Origin: Pedobacter sp. UBA5917 | GTDB lineage: Bacteria; Bacteroidota; Bacteroidia; Sphingobacteriales; Sphingobacteriaceae | DNA: 64,000 nt | Assembly (NCBI RefSeq): GCF_002432345.1 | Contig: NZ_DJDT01000299.1 | Coordinates: 2,454-66,453 of the forward strand | Direction of reading: 5' to 3' | In this document: one piece after another, positions 35,800-45,372 of the stretch | Position numbering within the stretch: position 1 is the stretch's first letter | How the letters are laid out: every line of letters starts with the position of its first letter | Made by a program: the position numbers and the translations under genes | The notes under the pieces: generated by a model | Databases searched by the model: none | Told to the model about the DNA's origin: nothing | The model's input: only the letters and a program-made list of their open reading frames with translations

Positions 35800-37233
35800 T
35801 TAAGCAAACAGAATATCCATGGTAATCTCTTTTTGTACCAAACCCGGATAGCTTATATCATTCTTTACGCCATAAGTTGTAATCATGGTTAAAAACAACG
35901 CTTTTCTTGTTCCGGTTTGCGATTGGAATACCATTAGCTTGTTATTCAACTCTTTTTCGTAAGACTTACTGATTTCAAAAGGTGCAACCGAAAACTTCAT
36001 CTCGCAGATATTGATACAGGAATCGTTACGGTCGATGAGGAGATCGATCTGCGCACCCTGCTCCTCTTTATTTTTGGGTAGATAACGCCATACCGAAATT
36101 TCGGCATAAACATTTTCTATCCCTATTGCTTTTTTTATCTGTACGATATGTTTCATGCAGATACTTTCGAAAGCGTAGCCGCTCCAGCTTTTCCACGAAG
36201 TACCCGAATAAAATTTTAGCCAGGTACCCGCCCCTGTTGCTTTATTGCCATCTATAAATTTCAGGTAAAAAATAGAATACTCGTCGGTAAGTTTATATAA
36301 AGCATCTTTAGTGCTTTTACCAAAAGGAATATATGGTGTAATGAAACCGGATTCGGCCAGTTCGGCAAGCAATTGCGTGGCATAGCCACCACTGCTTAAT
36401 TTACAGGCATTGATAATTTCGGTACGTGTTAAACCTTTGCTCTTTTTAGCCAGGGCCTGTACAATATCGATATGGTTTTCGGCTTTATCGAATAAGGAAT
36501 AGTATAGGTTCTTAAATTCTTCGAGCAGCAATCCATCCTTCGTAAAAAATAACCGGTCTATAATCTGCGCAACACTTTCGCCCGGTTCTATTTCTTTAAG
36601 GTATTGGGGTATGCCGCCCATGGCCATATAAACCTGTAAGAGCTGGTATTTATCGAGTTTTATTTTCCTATGTTTAAGGTATGCTGCTGTTTCGCCAACT
36701 GTAAAAGGCAACAGCCTGATCCTTCTGGTAACGCGGTTATGCAGACCGCCGCGGTTATTGATTACTTTATTGATCATCCAGGAGGCAGCCGAGCCACAGA
36801 TCACCACAATAAGTTTTTTTTCTTTGGAGGCCCAACTGTTCCAGAAGTTTTCGAAAGCAGGCAAAAAACCTGAACGGGCGGTATTGATCCAGGGAAATTC
36901 GTCGATAAAAATGATTGTTCTTTCCTTTTTAACTAAAGGCGTAAGGTATTGGGTAAGCATCTGGAAAGCTGCAATCCAACTCTCGGGTTTGGCAAGCGGA
37001 AGCCCACCGGTTACTTTGGTTAGTGCCAAACCAAAGTTTTCCAATTGCTGGTTTAACGTTGCATGGTGGATCCCAGAAAATTCGAATGCAATATCCTTAC
37101 TAAAGCCATTCCTGATCAGATAAGTTTTTCCAACCCGCCTGCGCCCATACATTGCAATCAGTTCGGCCTCGCCTGATTTTTCAATCTTGCTTAACAGCAA
37201 TTTTTCATCAGTTCTACCTACAACCTGTTCCAT
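35800..37233 (-). CDS. AAA-type ATPase with C-terminal PD-(D/E)xK-like domain (archaeal-ATPase/DUF234 type)
   Basis: Walker A GRRRVGKTYL and Walker B IIFIDEFPW. The C-terminal QIDLLIDRNDSCINICEMKF fits a D...E-x-K nuclease-fold motif. Confidence 0.75.
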   Translation of the reverse strand: MEQVVGRTDEKLLLSKIEKSGEAELIAMYGRRRVGKTYLIRNGFSKDIAFEFSGIHHATLNQQLENFGLALTKVTGGLPLAKPESWIAAFQMLTQYLTPLVKKERTIIFIDEFPWINTARSGFLPAFENFWNSWASKEKKLIVVICGSAASWMINKVINNRGGLHNRVTRRIRLLPFTVGETAAYLKHRKIKLDKYQLLQVYMAMGGIPQYLKEIEPGESVAQIIDRLFFTKDGLLLEEFKNLYYSLFDKAENHIDIVQALAKKSKGLTRTEIINACKLSSGGYATQLLAELAESGFITPYIPFGKSTKDALYKLTDEYSIFYLKFIDGNKATGAGTWLKFYSGTSWKSWSGYAFESICMKHIVQIKKAIGIENVYAEISVWRYLPKNKEEQGAQIDLLIDRNDSCINICEMKFSVAPFEISKSYEKELNNKLMVFQSQTGTRKALFLTMITTYGVKNDISYPGLVQKEITMDILFA

Positions 37234-37272
37234 AAACCATTAATTTATAACAACAAAGGTAATAAATTAATG

Positions 37273-37400
37273 AGTTTTGGCGCAATATAAAAAGCTATAT
37301 CACGCCAAAACTATGTTTTTTATGGTAGTTTTGGCGCAATATAAAAAGCTATATCACGCCAAAACTATGTTTTTTATGGTAGTTTTGGCGCGATATAAAA
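37273..37400. repeat. 54 bp tandem repeat, about 2.4 copies, each with a hairpin
   Basis: Unit AGTTTTGGCGCAATATAAAAAGCTATATCACGCCAAAACTATGTTTTTTATGGT starts at 37273, 37327 and 37381. Internal inverted repeat GTTTTGGCG...CGCCAAAAC. Confidence 0.9.
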
Positions 37401-37410
37401 TTAAAAAGGG

Positions 37411-39372
37411 TTATTTGCTTTTGAAAATTACCACAGCTAGAGGTGGTAGATCTACGATGATTGAGTATTCCTGACCATTATAACCTTCGAGATTTGGCAC
37501 AATATCGCCACGGTTATTAATACCTCCACCGTAATAAACAATATCGTCGGTATTGAAAATTTCTGTCCACTTGGTTTTAAACGGAACGCCGATTTTATAA
37601 TTCTCGCGTACTACAGGCGTTAGGTTAATGGCAATTACCAAAGTATCTTTTGCCTTTAGTCCTTTACGCATGTAAACAAAAACCGATTCGTTTGCATTAT
37701 CGGCATCAATCCATTGGAAACCTTCGTAACTAAAATTAAAATGATACAATGCAGGCTCTTTGCGATACAGGAAGTTTAAAGCTTTAACCGTTTCCTGCAT
37801 GCCTTTATGCGGCGCGTATTGTAATAAATGCCAATCGAGCGATTGGGTAAAGTTCCATTCGCTGGTTTGGCCAAATTCGTTCCCCATAAACAGCAGTTTT
37901 GCTCCAGGGTGGGTAAACATATAACCATAAAGTGCCCTTAAATTGGCAAATTTCTGCCAATCGTCGCCAGGCATTTTATATAACATAGGCGATTTACCAT
38001 GCACCACTTCATCATGCGAAAAAGGCAGCATAAAGTTTTCGGTAAAGGCATAAGTCATACTAAAGCTTAACTGGTGGTGATGGTGTTTCCGGCCAAGGGT
38101 ATCAACTTTAAAGTACTTCAGCGTATCGTTCATCCAGCCCATCATCCATTTCATGCCAAAACCCAAACCGCCATTATGCACCGGATGGGTTACCCCCGGA
38201 TAAGTGCTGCTTTCTTCGGCAATGGTCTGCACACCTTCAAAATTGCCATAAACCGCTACATTTAAGTCCTGAAGAAACTGGATGGCGCCAATATTTTCGC
38301 TTCCTCCATATTCGTTGGTTGCAGCATCGGCATCTTCCCTTGAGAAATTAAAATATAACATCGAGGCCACGGCATCAACCCTCAAACCATCGGCATGGTA
38401 TTGATCCAGCCAGAATATGGCATTACTGATGAGGAAAGAACGTACCTCATTACGATCGTAGTTAAAGATGTATGATTTCCAATCGGGATGGAAACCTTTA
38501 CGCATATCGGCGTGCTCGTACAGGTGCGTACCATCAAATTCATATAAACCATGCCTATCGCCCGGAAAATGCGAAGGTACCCAATCCAATATTACGGCGA
38601 TATTGGCCTTATGTAATTCATCGATCAGGTACATTAAATCCTGCGGGGAACCATAACGCGAACTTGCCCCAAAATATCCGGTAATCTGGTATCCCCAGCT
38701 CGGGAAAAATGGAAATTCCATTACAGGCATTAGTTCTACGTGCGTAAAACCCATTTCCTTAACATAAGGCACAAGCCTTCCGGCCACTTCCCTACAGTTT
38801 AATACGCGCTCGGGATTATCAGGATCGCGCTCCCACGAACCCAGATGTATCTCGTAAACAGAAATCGGCTGGTCTAAAGCATTTAACTTTGCCCTTTTAT
38901 TAAGCCAGGCTTTATCTTTCCAGGTATAATCGGTATCCCAAACAATACAAGCCGTTTGCGGCGGATGCTCCCATCTGCGCGCATAAGGATCGCCCTTTAA
39001 ATGTTCAGACTCATCAAAACCCTTAACAAAATATTTATATACCTCGCCTTTGGCAATACCCGGTATAAAACCCTCCCAGATACCCGATTTATCCCAGCGT
39101 TTGTACAGCAGATGTGATCCGTTGTTCCAATCGTTAAAATTACCAACCACACTTACCTTAGTGGCGTTTGGTGCCCAAACAGAAAAATAAGTTCCGGTTG
39201 TAGCCTCAACAGTAATTAAATGAGAGCCCATTTTTTCGTACAGCCTAAAATGTTTTCCAACAAGAAAAAGATCAATGTCGTAATCGGTAAATAAACTGTG
39301 TGCCCAAACGGATTTCTTCTTATCGATTTTAGGTAACGCTGCTTTTTTTGCAGGAACTTTTTTTGCTGACAT
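37411..39372 (-). CDS. glgB: 1,4-alpha-glucan branching enzyme (GH13)
   Basis: DWVPSHF, GLRVDAVASMLY, IAEESSTYPG, FSHDEVVHGK blocks. Start moved to MSAKKVPAKK (39372). Confidence 0.9.
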   Translation of the reverse strand: MSAKKVPAKKAALPKIDKKKSVWAHSLFTDYDIDLFLVGKHFRLYEKMGSHLITVEATTGTYFSVWAPNATKVSVVGNFNDWNNGSHLLYKRWDKSGIWEGFIPGIAKGEVYKYFVKGFDESEHLKGDPYARRWEHPPQTACIVWDTDYTWKDKAWLNKRAKLNALDQPISVYEIHLGSWERDPDNPERVLNCREVAGRLVPYVKEMGFTHVELMPVMEFPFFPSWGYQITGYFGASSRYGSPQDLMYLIDELHKANIAVILDWVPSHFPGDRHGLYEFDGTHLYEHADMRKGFHPDWKSYIFNYDRNEVRSFLISNAIFWLDQYHADGLRVDAVASMLYFNFSREDADAATNEYGGSENIGAIQFLQDLNVAVYGNFEGVQTIAEESSTYPGVTHPVHNGGLGFGMKWMMGWMNDTLKYFKVDTLGRKHHHHQLSFSMTYAFTENFMLPFSHDEVVHGKSPMLYKMPGDDWQKFANLRALYGYMFTHPGAKLLFMGNEFGQTSEWNFTQSLDWHLLQYAPHKGMQETVKALNFLYRKEPALYHFNFSYEGFQWIDADNANESVFVYMRKGLKAKDTLVIAINLTPVVRENYKIGVPFKTKWTEIFNTDDIVYYGGGINNRGDIVPNLEGYNGQEYSIIVDLPPLAVVIFKSK

Positions 39373-39430
39373 AGATATTTTGGCTAGATAAATGAAGCCC
39401 CAAACACTAAACAGCATTTGGGGCTAAATG

Positions 39431-41893
39431 TTACAGACTTAAAATCTGAATTTCCAAGAAATTTTTATTGCACTTGAAATGCAGGATATTCTGATCGTCG
39501 GTATAAAAATCTTTCACCTCTTTATTATCGATGATGATCTTTTTAACCTGGAATTTTACGCCGATAATATTGCAAACATAAAACTCATAGTTAGGTGTAT
39601 ATAAACCTTCGCTACGCTGATTAACCTTAATGGTCTGGTTATCGCCTTTAACGGTAAATTTCTTTTCAAGGTAAATATCCTGTTCGTAGGCAAAAGTATC
39701 GCCATGATCTTCGTACATGTACGAATTCACTTCGTAATCGCTGTGGTAGATATTCAGGATTACTTCGGTAATTGATTTTTCATCCACATATTGCATTACC
39801 GGATACTCAGGCAAAACAGAACCTGCACGCACAAACATCGGCATACTGTCTATCTTGGCATCAACGGTATATTCGTTACCGCCATCCAAAATTTCGTTGG
39901 TCCAGAAATTGTACCAGGTACCTTTTGGCAGGTAAACCCTTCTTGATATGGCGCCCTGTTCTAAAACCGGACAGATCAGCAATTTATCGCCATAGCAAAA
40001 TTCATCCTGGCGGAAACTGTTGCTGATATTTTCCTGCTCGAGCATTACCAATGGCCTTAAAATTGGAAAGCCATAACGGTGGTGTTCCCAGAAAACAGAA
40101 TACAGGTAAGGCATTAAACGGTACCTTAATTCGATAAACTTACGGTTAATATCTTCGAAAAACTGACCAAAGCTCCAGGGTTCGCGTTCGGCTGTATCGC
40201 CGGCAGAGTGTGCACGCATAAACGGAGAAAATGTACCCAACTGGATCCAGCGGGTAAATAATTCGCCATCCGGCTCGCCGCTAAATCCGCCGATATCAGT
40301 TCCACAGAAAGGAACACCCGAAACAGATAAACGCTGGCATTGGATATTGCCGATCTTTAAATGCTCCCAGGTAGCAATGTTATCACCTGTCCATACACTG
40401 GCATAACGCTGCATACCCGAATAACCAGCCCTTGTAATGGTAAACGGGCGTTTATTGCGCATCAGTTTTTTAAGCCCTTCGTAAGTAGAACGCACCATCT
40501 GCATACCGTAAACATTGTGTGCTTTACGGTGCGAACCGCGGTAACCATCGTAATTATGGCGTACATCGTTAGGGAAAGTACCCGAACCGAATACAGCAGG
40601 CTCGTTCATATCATTCCAGAAACCTGCAACGCCCATATCTACCAGTTCCTTGTACAGGTTGCCCCACCAGGCACGTACTTTAGGGTTGGTGAAATCCGGA
40701 AACTGGCAACGGCCCGGCCAAACGTGCCCTTCCATATAATAATCGTCGCTGCGGCGACAGAAAAATCTTTTCTCTTTACCTTCCTTAAAAACCCAGTAAT
40801 CGTCATCTACCTTAATTCCCGGATCGATCATCACCACGGTTTTAAAACCATCATCAGAAAGTTCTTTGATCATCCTCCTCGGATCAGGAAAGTATTTTTT
40901 GTTCCAGGTAAAACAGCGGTAGCCATCCATATAATCGATATCCAGATAAATGGCATCGCATGGGATTTTACGCTCCCTGAACTGTTTGGCTATTTCTTTA
41001 ACTTTTGTTTCAGGATAATAACTCCAACGGCACTGCTGGTACCCCAAAGTCCATTTTGGAGGCATCGGGTGCGTTCCGGTTAGGGTTGCATACCGTTTTA
41101 CCACGTCCATAATGTGCGGTCCGTGGATATAATAGTACTGCAGTTCGCCCCCATCGGCCCAGAAACTGGTTTTGTTTACATCCTCGCCCCCGAAATCGAA
41201 ATACGATTTAAAAGTATTATCGAAAAATATACCATAAGCGGCCTGGTTATGCAAACCGATGTAAAAAGGTATGGTACGGTATAAAGGATCCTGGTTCCAG
41301 CCGAAAGAGTAGGCATCGGTATTCCAGTTTTCGAAACGGCGGCCTCGCAGGTTAAAATTGCCCGATTTATCGCCTAAACCAAAGAAATTTTCTTCGGGAT
41401 GGCATTTTTTTGTGGCATAAATATAATAACCGCCAAAATCTACATTCTCTTCCCAGTGCATGGAATTGGCTTCATCAACCATCATTACATTGGTAATATT
41501 ATCGTGGAAAGAGATGTGGAAATTTGCTTTTTCTATTTTACAGGTTACGGCGTGCGTAGAAATAGTATAGTGATCTTCCTGTTCCTGCATCTTAAAAACA
41601 GAAACTTTCTGGTCTACTTCCGGTACGGCATAAGAGAAATCATCCAGAAAAACACCGTGTGGTGCCAGGCGTACCCTGATGATATCATCGCTTACCACCC
41701 TTACTTCTACCCTGGCATCGCCATCAGAAAAATAAAAGCGGTTGCCTTCTTTTTTTACTTTTTTAACTGCCCCAAGGTACTGTTTAACAATTGGTTTTAC
41801 CGATATATCAACCGGATTGTTTAAATGCTGTATTTCCTGTTCTTTCTCGATCAGTTCTCCGGCATCATTCGGTTTGTCGTTTTGCGCTTCCAT
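39431..41893 (-). CDS. GH31 alpha-glucosidase
   Basis: GFWNDMNEPA nucleophile region and WTGDN block. Start taken at the ATG at 41893 rather than the TTG at 41905. Confidence 0.85.
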   Translation of the reverse strand: MEAQNDKPNDAGELIEKEQEIQHLNNPVDISVKPIVKQYLGAVKKVKKEGNRFYFSDGDARVEVRVVSDDIIRVRLAPHGVFLDDFSYAVPEVDQKVSVFKMQEQEDHYTISTHAVTCKIEKANFHISFHDNITNVMMVDEANSMHWEENVDFGGYYIYATKKCHPEENFFGLGDKSGNFNLRGRRFENWNTDAYSFGWNQDPLYRTIPFYIGLHNQAAYGIFFDNTFKSYFDFGGEDVNKTSFWADGGELQYYYIHGPHIMDVVKRYATLTGTHPMPPKWTLGYQQCRWSYYPETKVKEIAKQFRERKIPCDAIYLDIDYMDGYRCFTWNKKYFPDPRRMIKELSDDGFKTVVMIDPGIKVDDDYWVFKEGKEKRFFCRRSDDYYMEGHVWPGRCQFPDFTNPKVRAWWGNLYKELVDMGVAGFWNDMNEPAVFGSGTFPNDVRHNYDGYRGSHRKAHNVYGMQMVRSTYEGLKKLMRNKRPFTITRAGYSGMQRYASVWTGDNIATWEHLKIGNIQCQRLSVSGVPFCGTDIGGFSGEPDGELFTRWIQLGTFSPFMRAHSAGDTAEREPWSFGQFFEDINRKFIELRYRLMPYLYSVFWEHHRYGFPILRPLVMLEQENISNSFRQDEFCYGDKLLICPVLEQGAISRRVYLPKGTWYNFWTNEILDGGNEYTVDAKIDSMPMFVRAGSVLPEYPVMQYVDEKSITEVILNIYHSDYEVNSYMYEDHGDTFAYEQDIYLEKKFTVKGDNQTIKVNQRSEGLYTPNYEFYVCNIIGVKFQVKKIIIDNKEVKDFYTDDQNILHFKCNKNFLEIQILSL

Positions 41894-42007
41894 CCTTATA
41901 TTCAAATTTTAAATTCATACCTCTTAAACTGGGATGTGCTTAAGAAAGTACTATAATACAAATATTTTATAAAAGGGATGTAGCTTTTTTATAAAAGATA
42001 AATTTAG

Positions 42008-42026
42008 TAGTGTAAAATTAACACTA
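42008..42026. promoter_or_regulatory. candidate NrtR-family operator, site 4
   Basis: TAGTGTAAAATTAACACTA, 19 bp with TAGTGT/ACACTA arms, 115 nt upstream of the GH31 start. Confidence 0.5.
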
Positions 42027-42117
42027 ACCTGTGGTATATTAACATTAAATTGAATTCTTTAATAAAGGGAAAAAGTTTATTTGCAGTAAAATTTTTAAGC
42101 TCCTTGCCTGACGCGAT

Positions 42118-42233
42118 CGTCATGTTGAACTTTTTTCTTATTACTCGTTTTTATATTTTTCAAAAGTTTAATAGCTAATCGTGGTCAGCATCTTTCCCAC
42201 TAGATAGACCCTGAAATAAATTCAGGGTGACGA
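42118..42233. repeat. REP-B hairpin element, copy 1 (inverted, with internal insertion)
   Basis: Ends ...GACCCTGAAATAAATTCAGGGTGACGA and TCGTCATG... match the reverse complement of copy 2 at 63046. Confidence 0.7.
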
Positions 42234-42241
42234 CTATAAGT

Positions 42242-42280
42242 AAAAAAGCCCTTCATACTTAAAGTAAGAAGGGCTTTTAA
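42242..42280 (-). terminator. rho-independent terminator after the TonB-dependent receptor gene
   Basis: AGCCCTTC-N14-GAAGGGCT, followed by a T-run on the minus strand. Confidence 0.75.
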
Positions 42281-42294
42281 GCGTAATCAGATTC

Positions 42295-45150
42295 TTATGG
42301 ATTAAAGGTAAGGGCCAGGTAATAAATTGCCCCTGCCGATGGATTTCCGTAAGAAGTGAAATAATACTTGTTGAGTACATTAGAACCGCCCAGTTTAATT
42401 ACCGATTGTACCGAAGGTATCCTTAAACTAACCTGTGCATCCAATGAGCTGTACGCAGGCACCTGACCTGATGCAAAAGAAGAATTCCAGTAGAACTGAT
42501 CCTGCCAGCGGTAGGCAAGGTTAAAGCCAAAGTTTTTAATGATTTCCTTATTTCCAAAACCCAGGTTATAACGGATTTTTGGTGTATTGAAATCGTTGAT
42601 ATAATTAACAGGAAGATCGCCGATTTTATTATAAGAAACGTTACCGCTGATGGTGTATTTACCTACCAGGTAATCTAAACCCAAAGCAGCACCATAAGAA
42701 GTTACTTTACCTTCTGCATTTACCGGAACACCGAATTTCACAAAACTTCCGCCGCCAACATTCTGATAAACATCAACCGCAGTGATAAAATCTTTATAGA
42801 TATTGTAATAACCATAAGCATCAACCAGTAAATTAGGAAGTACCAAACCTTTATACCCCAGTTCGTAAGATTGAACACTCTCCGGACGTACCCCTCTCGA
42901 ATCGAAATTATACTGTTGTAAAAGTGCCGAATTAGGTGTGCCGGTTGCAGCTGCAGAAGCCAGATAAGCCCTATAACTTACATCAGTATAAGGTTTATTG
43001 GTATCCAGATGATATTTGTTAAACATAATTTCAGGCAAACCACCGATCAATCTTTGCGAACCGCCACCTACTGAAAGGTCGATGTATTGGTTCTGTGTAG
43101 TTGGATTACGGTAACCGGTTTGGTAAGAAACCCTGATATTGTTGTTTTTTGCTACCGTAAATACACCTGTTATCCTTGGAGTAAACCTACCCTCAAAATT
43201 CTGGCTTTTATCGTAACGGCCAGCAAAAGTAAATTTAACCTTATCGTTAAAAAGTTTTTTACCGATCTGTCCGAATGCGCCGTATTCTTTAATATCGATA
43301 GAATTGGTTAAATCATTAAAAATTGTACCTGCTGAGTTTAAATCATATAAACGGTACGATGCACCAACCTGAAACTCTATCACTTTATTAAAGAGGTTGG
43401 TAAAGTTATACATCCCCTCATAATGGTATAAATTTGACTTATCATCGAATTTCGCACCATAAATACCCTTGCTAGGATCAGAATTACTGATGGTGGTGTT
43501 CATGATATTATTTTTTGCCACTTCAAACTGCGGACTGCCCGGTGCAAAACGTCCCTGATCGGCAACACTTCTCGCAAAGGCCTGTGCCTGTGCATCTGTT
43601 TGCCCTGCCGCTCTTGCACCTACATAATTACCGATATACTGCGGGAACCAGGTAGTTGATGGTTTTGATAACTCATTGATATAACTACCCAAAATAGAAG
43701 AAATATAAGAATCGCCCGAACGCTCTTGAGTAGTATATGCTTTAAGGAAGAAATCTTCGCCTTTTAATTCCAATTTGTATTGGCCGATATTAAAATTACG
43801 TAGCGAATAACGGTCGGATCCGGTATATACCGAAGTTCCTGTACCCCAATTGGCCTGTCCAACGACCTGTACTGTATTGCTGATGTTATAATATAACGCA
43901 CCCGATGCCTTTAGCGATTTGGTACCATAATCAACCAGATTTTCTTCGTTATAACCTGTTCTTGAAATATTCTGATTTGGGATCAATCCTGCATTTAATC
44001 CAGCATAAAAAGGTTGTGTTTGAGCATTTGTAGCAAGAAAATTCGTAATCTGCGCTGGTGTTGGTATTTGCCCCCCTGTTGCTAATCCGTAATTTTTAAT
44101 AAATGTTGCAGTTCCTGCTGCCAATACGTTCTGAGCCACATTACGCATATTCTGGCTCACCTCATCACCGTAAACATTGATACCATCGTAATTTGGATCG
44201 CTGTTCCTATCCCCTGATTTTGCAGTTCTTGATACCCTGTCGAAATTTGAATAATTGTTTCCATACCAATCTTTGGCCTGTACAAAAGAAAATGCCGCTT
44301 TTACCCCAAATTTATTGTTCCATGATTTTGCCATGCGTACATCCAGTTGGTTAAAAGGCTGCACAGTACTATTATCGTCGTTAACATGGTTTATTCCTGT
44401 TTTATACTGAAAACTAGCGCCAGGATATTTAAAAGGGTCTTTTGAGGTCATTAATAAGGTACCATTAATACCACCCGCACCATAAAGGGCTGATGAAGCA
44501 CCAGGTAACAACTCTACATTATCAACGTCAAGTTCGGTAATCCCCACAATGTTACCTACAGAGAAATTCAATCCCGGTGCCTGGTTATCCATTCCATCAA
44601 TATACTGGTTAAAACGGGTATTACCGTTAGAATTAAAACCACGCGTATTGATCGATTTGAAAGTTAAACTCTGCATGCTGCTTTCTACACCTTTCATATT
44701 GTTCAATGCATCGTAAAACGATGGTGCAGCAATCTCCCTGATGGTAGCAGCGCTCATACGCTCAATTGAAACAGGCGATTCCAGGATCCGTTCTGGTGTA
44801 CGCGAGGCCGAAACCACCACATCTCCACCCAGTACAACAGCCGTTTCCAACTCCAGGTTAATACCGGTTGTATTACCCGTTATCTGCTGTTCTACCGTAC
44901 CAAAGCCTACGTAAGAGGCAACCAAAGTAAAGGGTACTTTTGCTGTTGTGCTAAAACTGAAACTACCGTTGCTTGTGGATGCCGTACCGCCCGATTGGCC
45001 TTTGATGGTTAAACTTACGCCTGCGAGGCCTTCTTTCGATTGCTTATCTTTTACGGTACCGCTCACCGTAATGCTCTGTGCCTGTGCCACAATATTAATT
45101 GTGCACATCAATAATAACACGTAGAAGATCTGTGTAAAAATTCTGCTCAT
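42295..45150 (-). CDS. TonB-dependent outer-membrane receptor with CarboxypepD_reg N-terminal domain
   Basis: Signal peptide. ITVSGTVKDKQSKEGLAGVSLTIKG. Plug region (ERILESPVSIERM), then a long beta-barrel. No SusD-like partner is adjacent. Confidence 0.85.
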   Translation of the reverse strand: MSRIFTQIFYVLLLMCTINIVAQAQSITVSGTVKDKQSKEGLAGVSLTIKGQSGGTASTSNGSFSFSTTAKVPFTLVASYVGFGTVEQQITGNTTGINLELETAVVLGGDVVVSASRTPERILESPVSIERMSAATIREIAAPSFYDALNNMKGVESSMQSLTFKSINTRGFNSNGNTRFNQYIDGMDNQAPGLNFSVGNIVGITELDVDNVELLPGASSALYGAGGINGTLLMTSKDPFKYPGASFQYKTGINHVNDDNSTVQPFNQLDVRMAKSWNNKFGVKAAFSFVQAKDWYGNNYSNFDRVSRTAKSGDRNSDPNYDGINVYGDEVSQNMRNVAQNVLAAGTATFIKNYGLATGGQIPTPAQITNFLATNAQTQPFYAGLNAGLIPNQNISRTGYNEENLVDYGTKSLKASGALYYNISNTVQVVGQANWGTGTSVYTGSDRYSLRNFNIGQYKLELKGEDFFLKAYTTQERSGDSYISSILGSYINELSKPSTTWFPQYIGNYVGARAAGQTDAQAQAFARSVADQGRFAPGSPQFEVAKNNIMNTTISNSDPSKGIYGAKFDDKSNLYHYEGMYNFTNLFNKVIEFQVGASYRLYDLNSAGTIFNDLTNSIDIKEYGAFGQIGKKLFNDKVKFTFAGRYDKSQNFEGRFTPRITGVFTVAKNNNIRVSYQTGYRNPTTQNQYIDLSVGGGSQRLIGGLPEIMFNKYHLDTNKPYTDVSYRAYLASAAATGTPNSALLQQYNFDSRGVRPESVQSYELGYKGLVLPNLLVDAYGYYNIYKDFITAVDVYQNVGGGSFVKFGVPVNAEGKVTSYGAALGLDYLVGKYTISGNVSYNKIGDLPVNYINDFNTPKIRYNLGFGNKEIIKNFGFNLAYRWQDQFYWNSSFASGQVPAYSSLDAQVSLRIPSVQSVIKLGGSNVLNKYYFTSYGNPSAGAIYYLALTFNP

Positions 45151-45372
45151 AAAAGATTGTTAATTTGGTTACCTAACTAGTTAGTTGAACTGTTGATTTG
45201 TATGATTAGTTACATAAACTTAAACTCTTTTTTTGAATTAAACAAATTATGTTAGCATAATAATATCAATTCAAATTATAATTTTGATTGATATACAGTT
45301 TGTTGTATTTTGCATTAAACATAAACCGTCATTTTGCGCTATCTTAGTAAACTGACTTGTTAGCTAACCATT

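Noticed and set aside
37273-37400. I considered a CRISPR array, both here and for the hairpin array at 61801-62125.
   Set aside because: The 54 bp units are directly adjacent with no unique spacers. The 61.8 kb units are contiguous diverged copies. No cas genes are present in the window.
37277-37474. 65 aa plus-strand ORF with an internally repeated peptide (AQYKKLYHAKTMFFMVVL twice).
   Set aside because: It is a translation artefact of the 54 bp tandem repeat.
40361-41083. Long antisense ORFs inside confident genes. Examples are 40361..41083 (240 aa, in GH31), 50131..50568 (145 aa, in the DUF3299 genes), 23553..24023, 19814..20245, 21017..21409 and 57649..58044.
   Set aside because: They lie wholly opposite well-supported CDSs, have low-complexity or odd composition, and carry no recognisable motifs.
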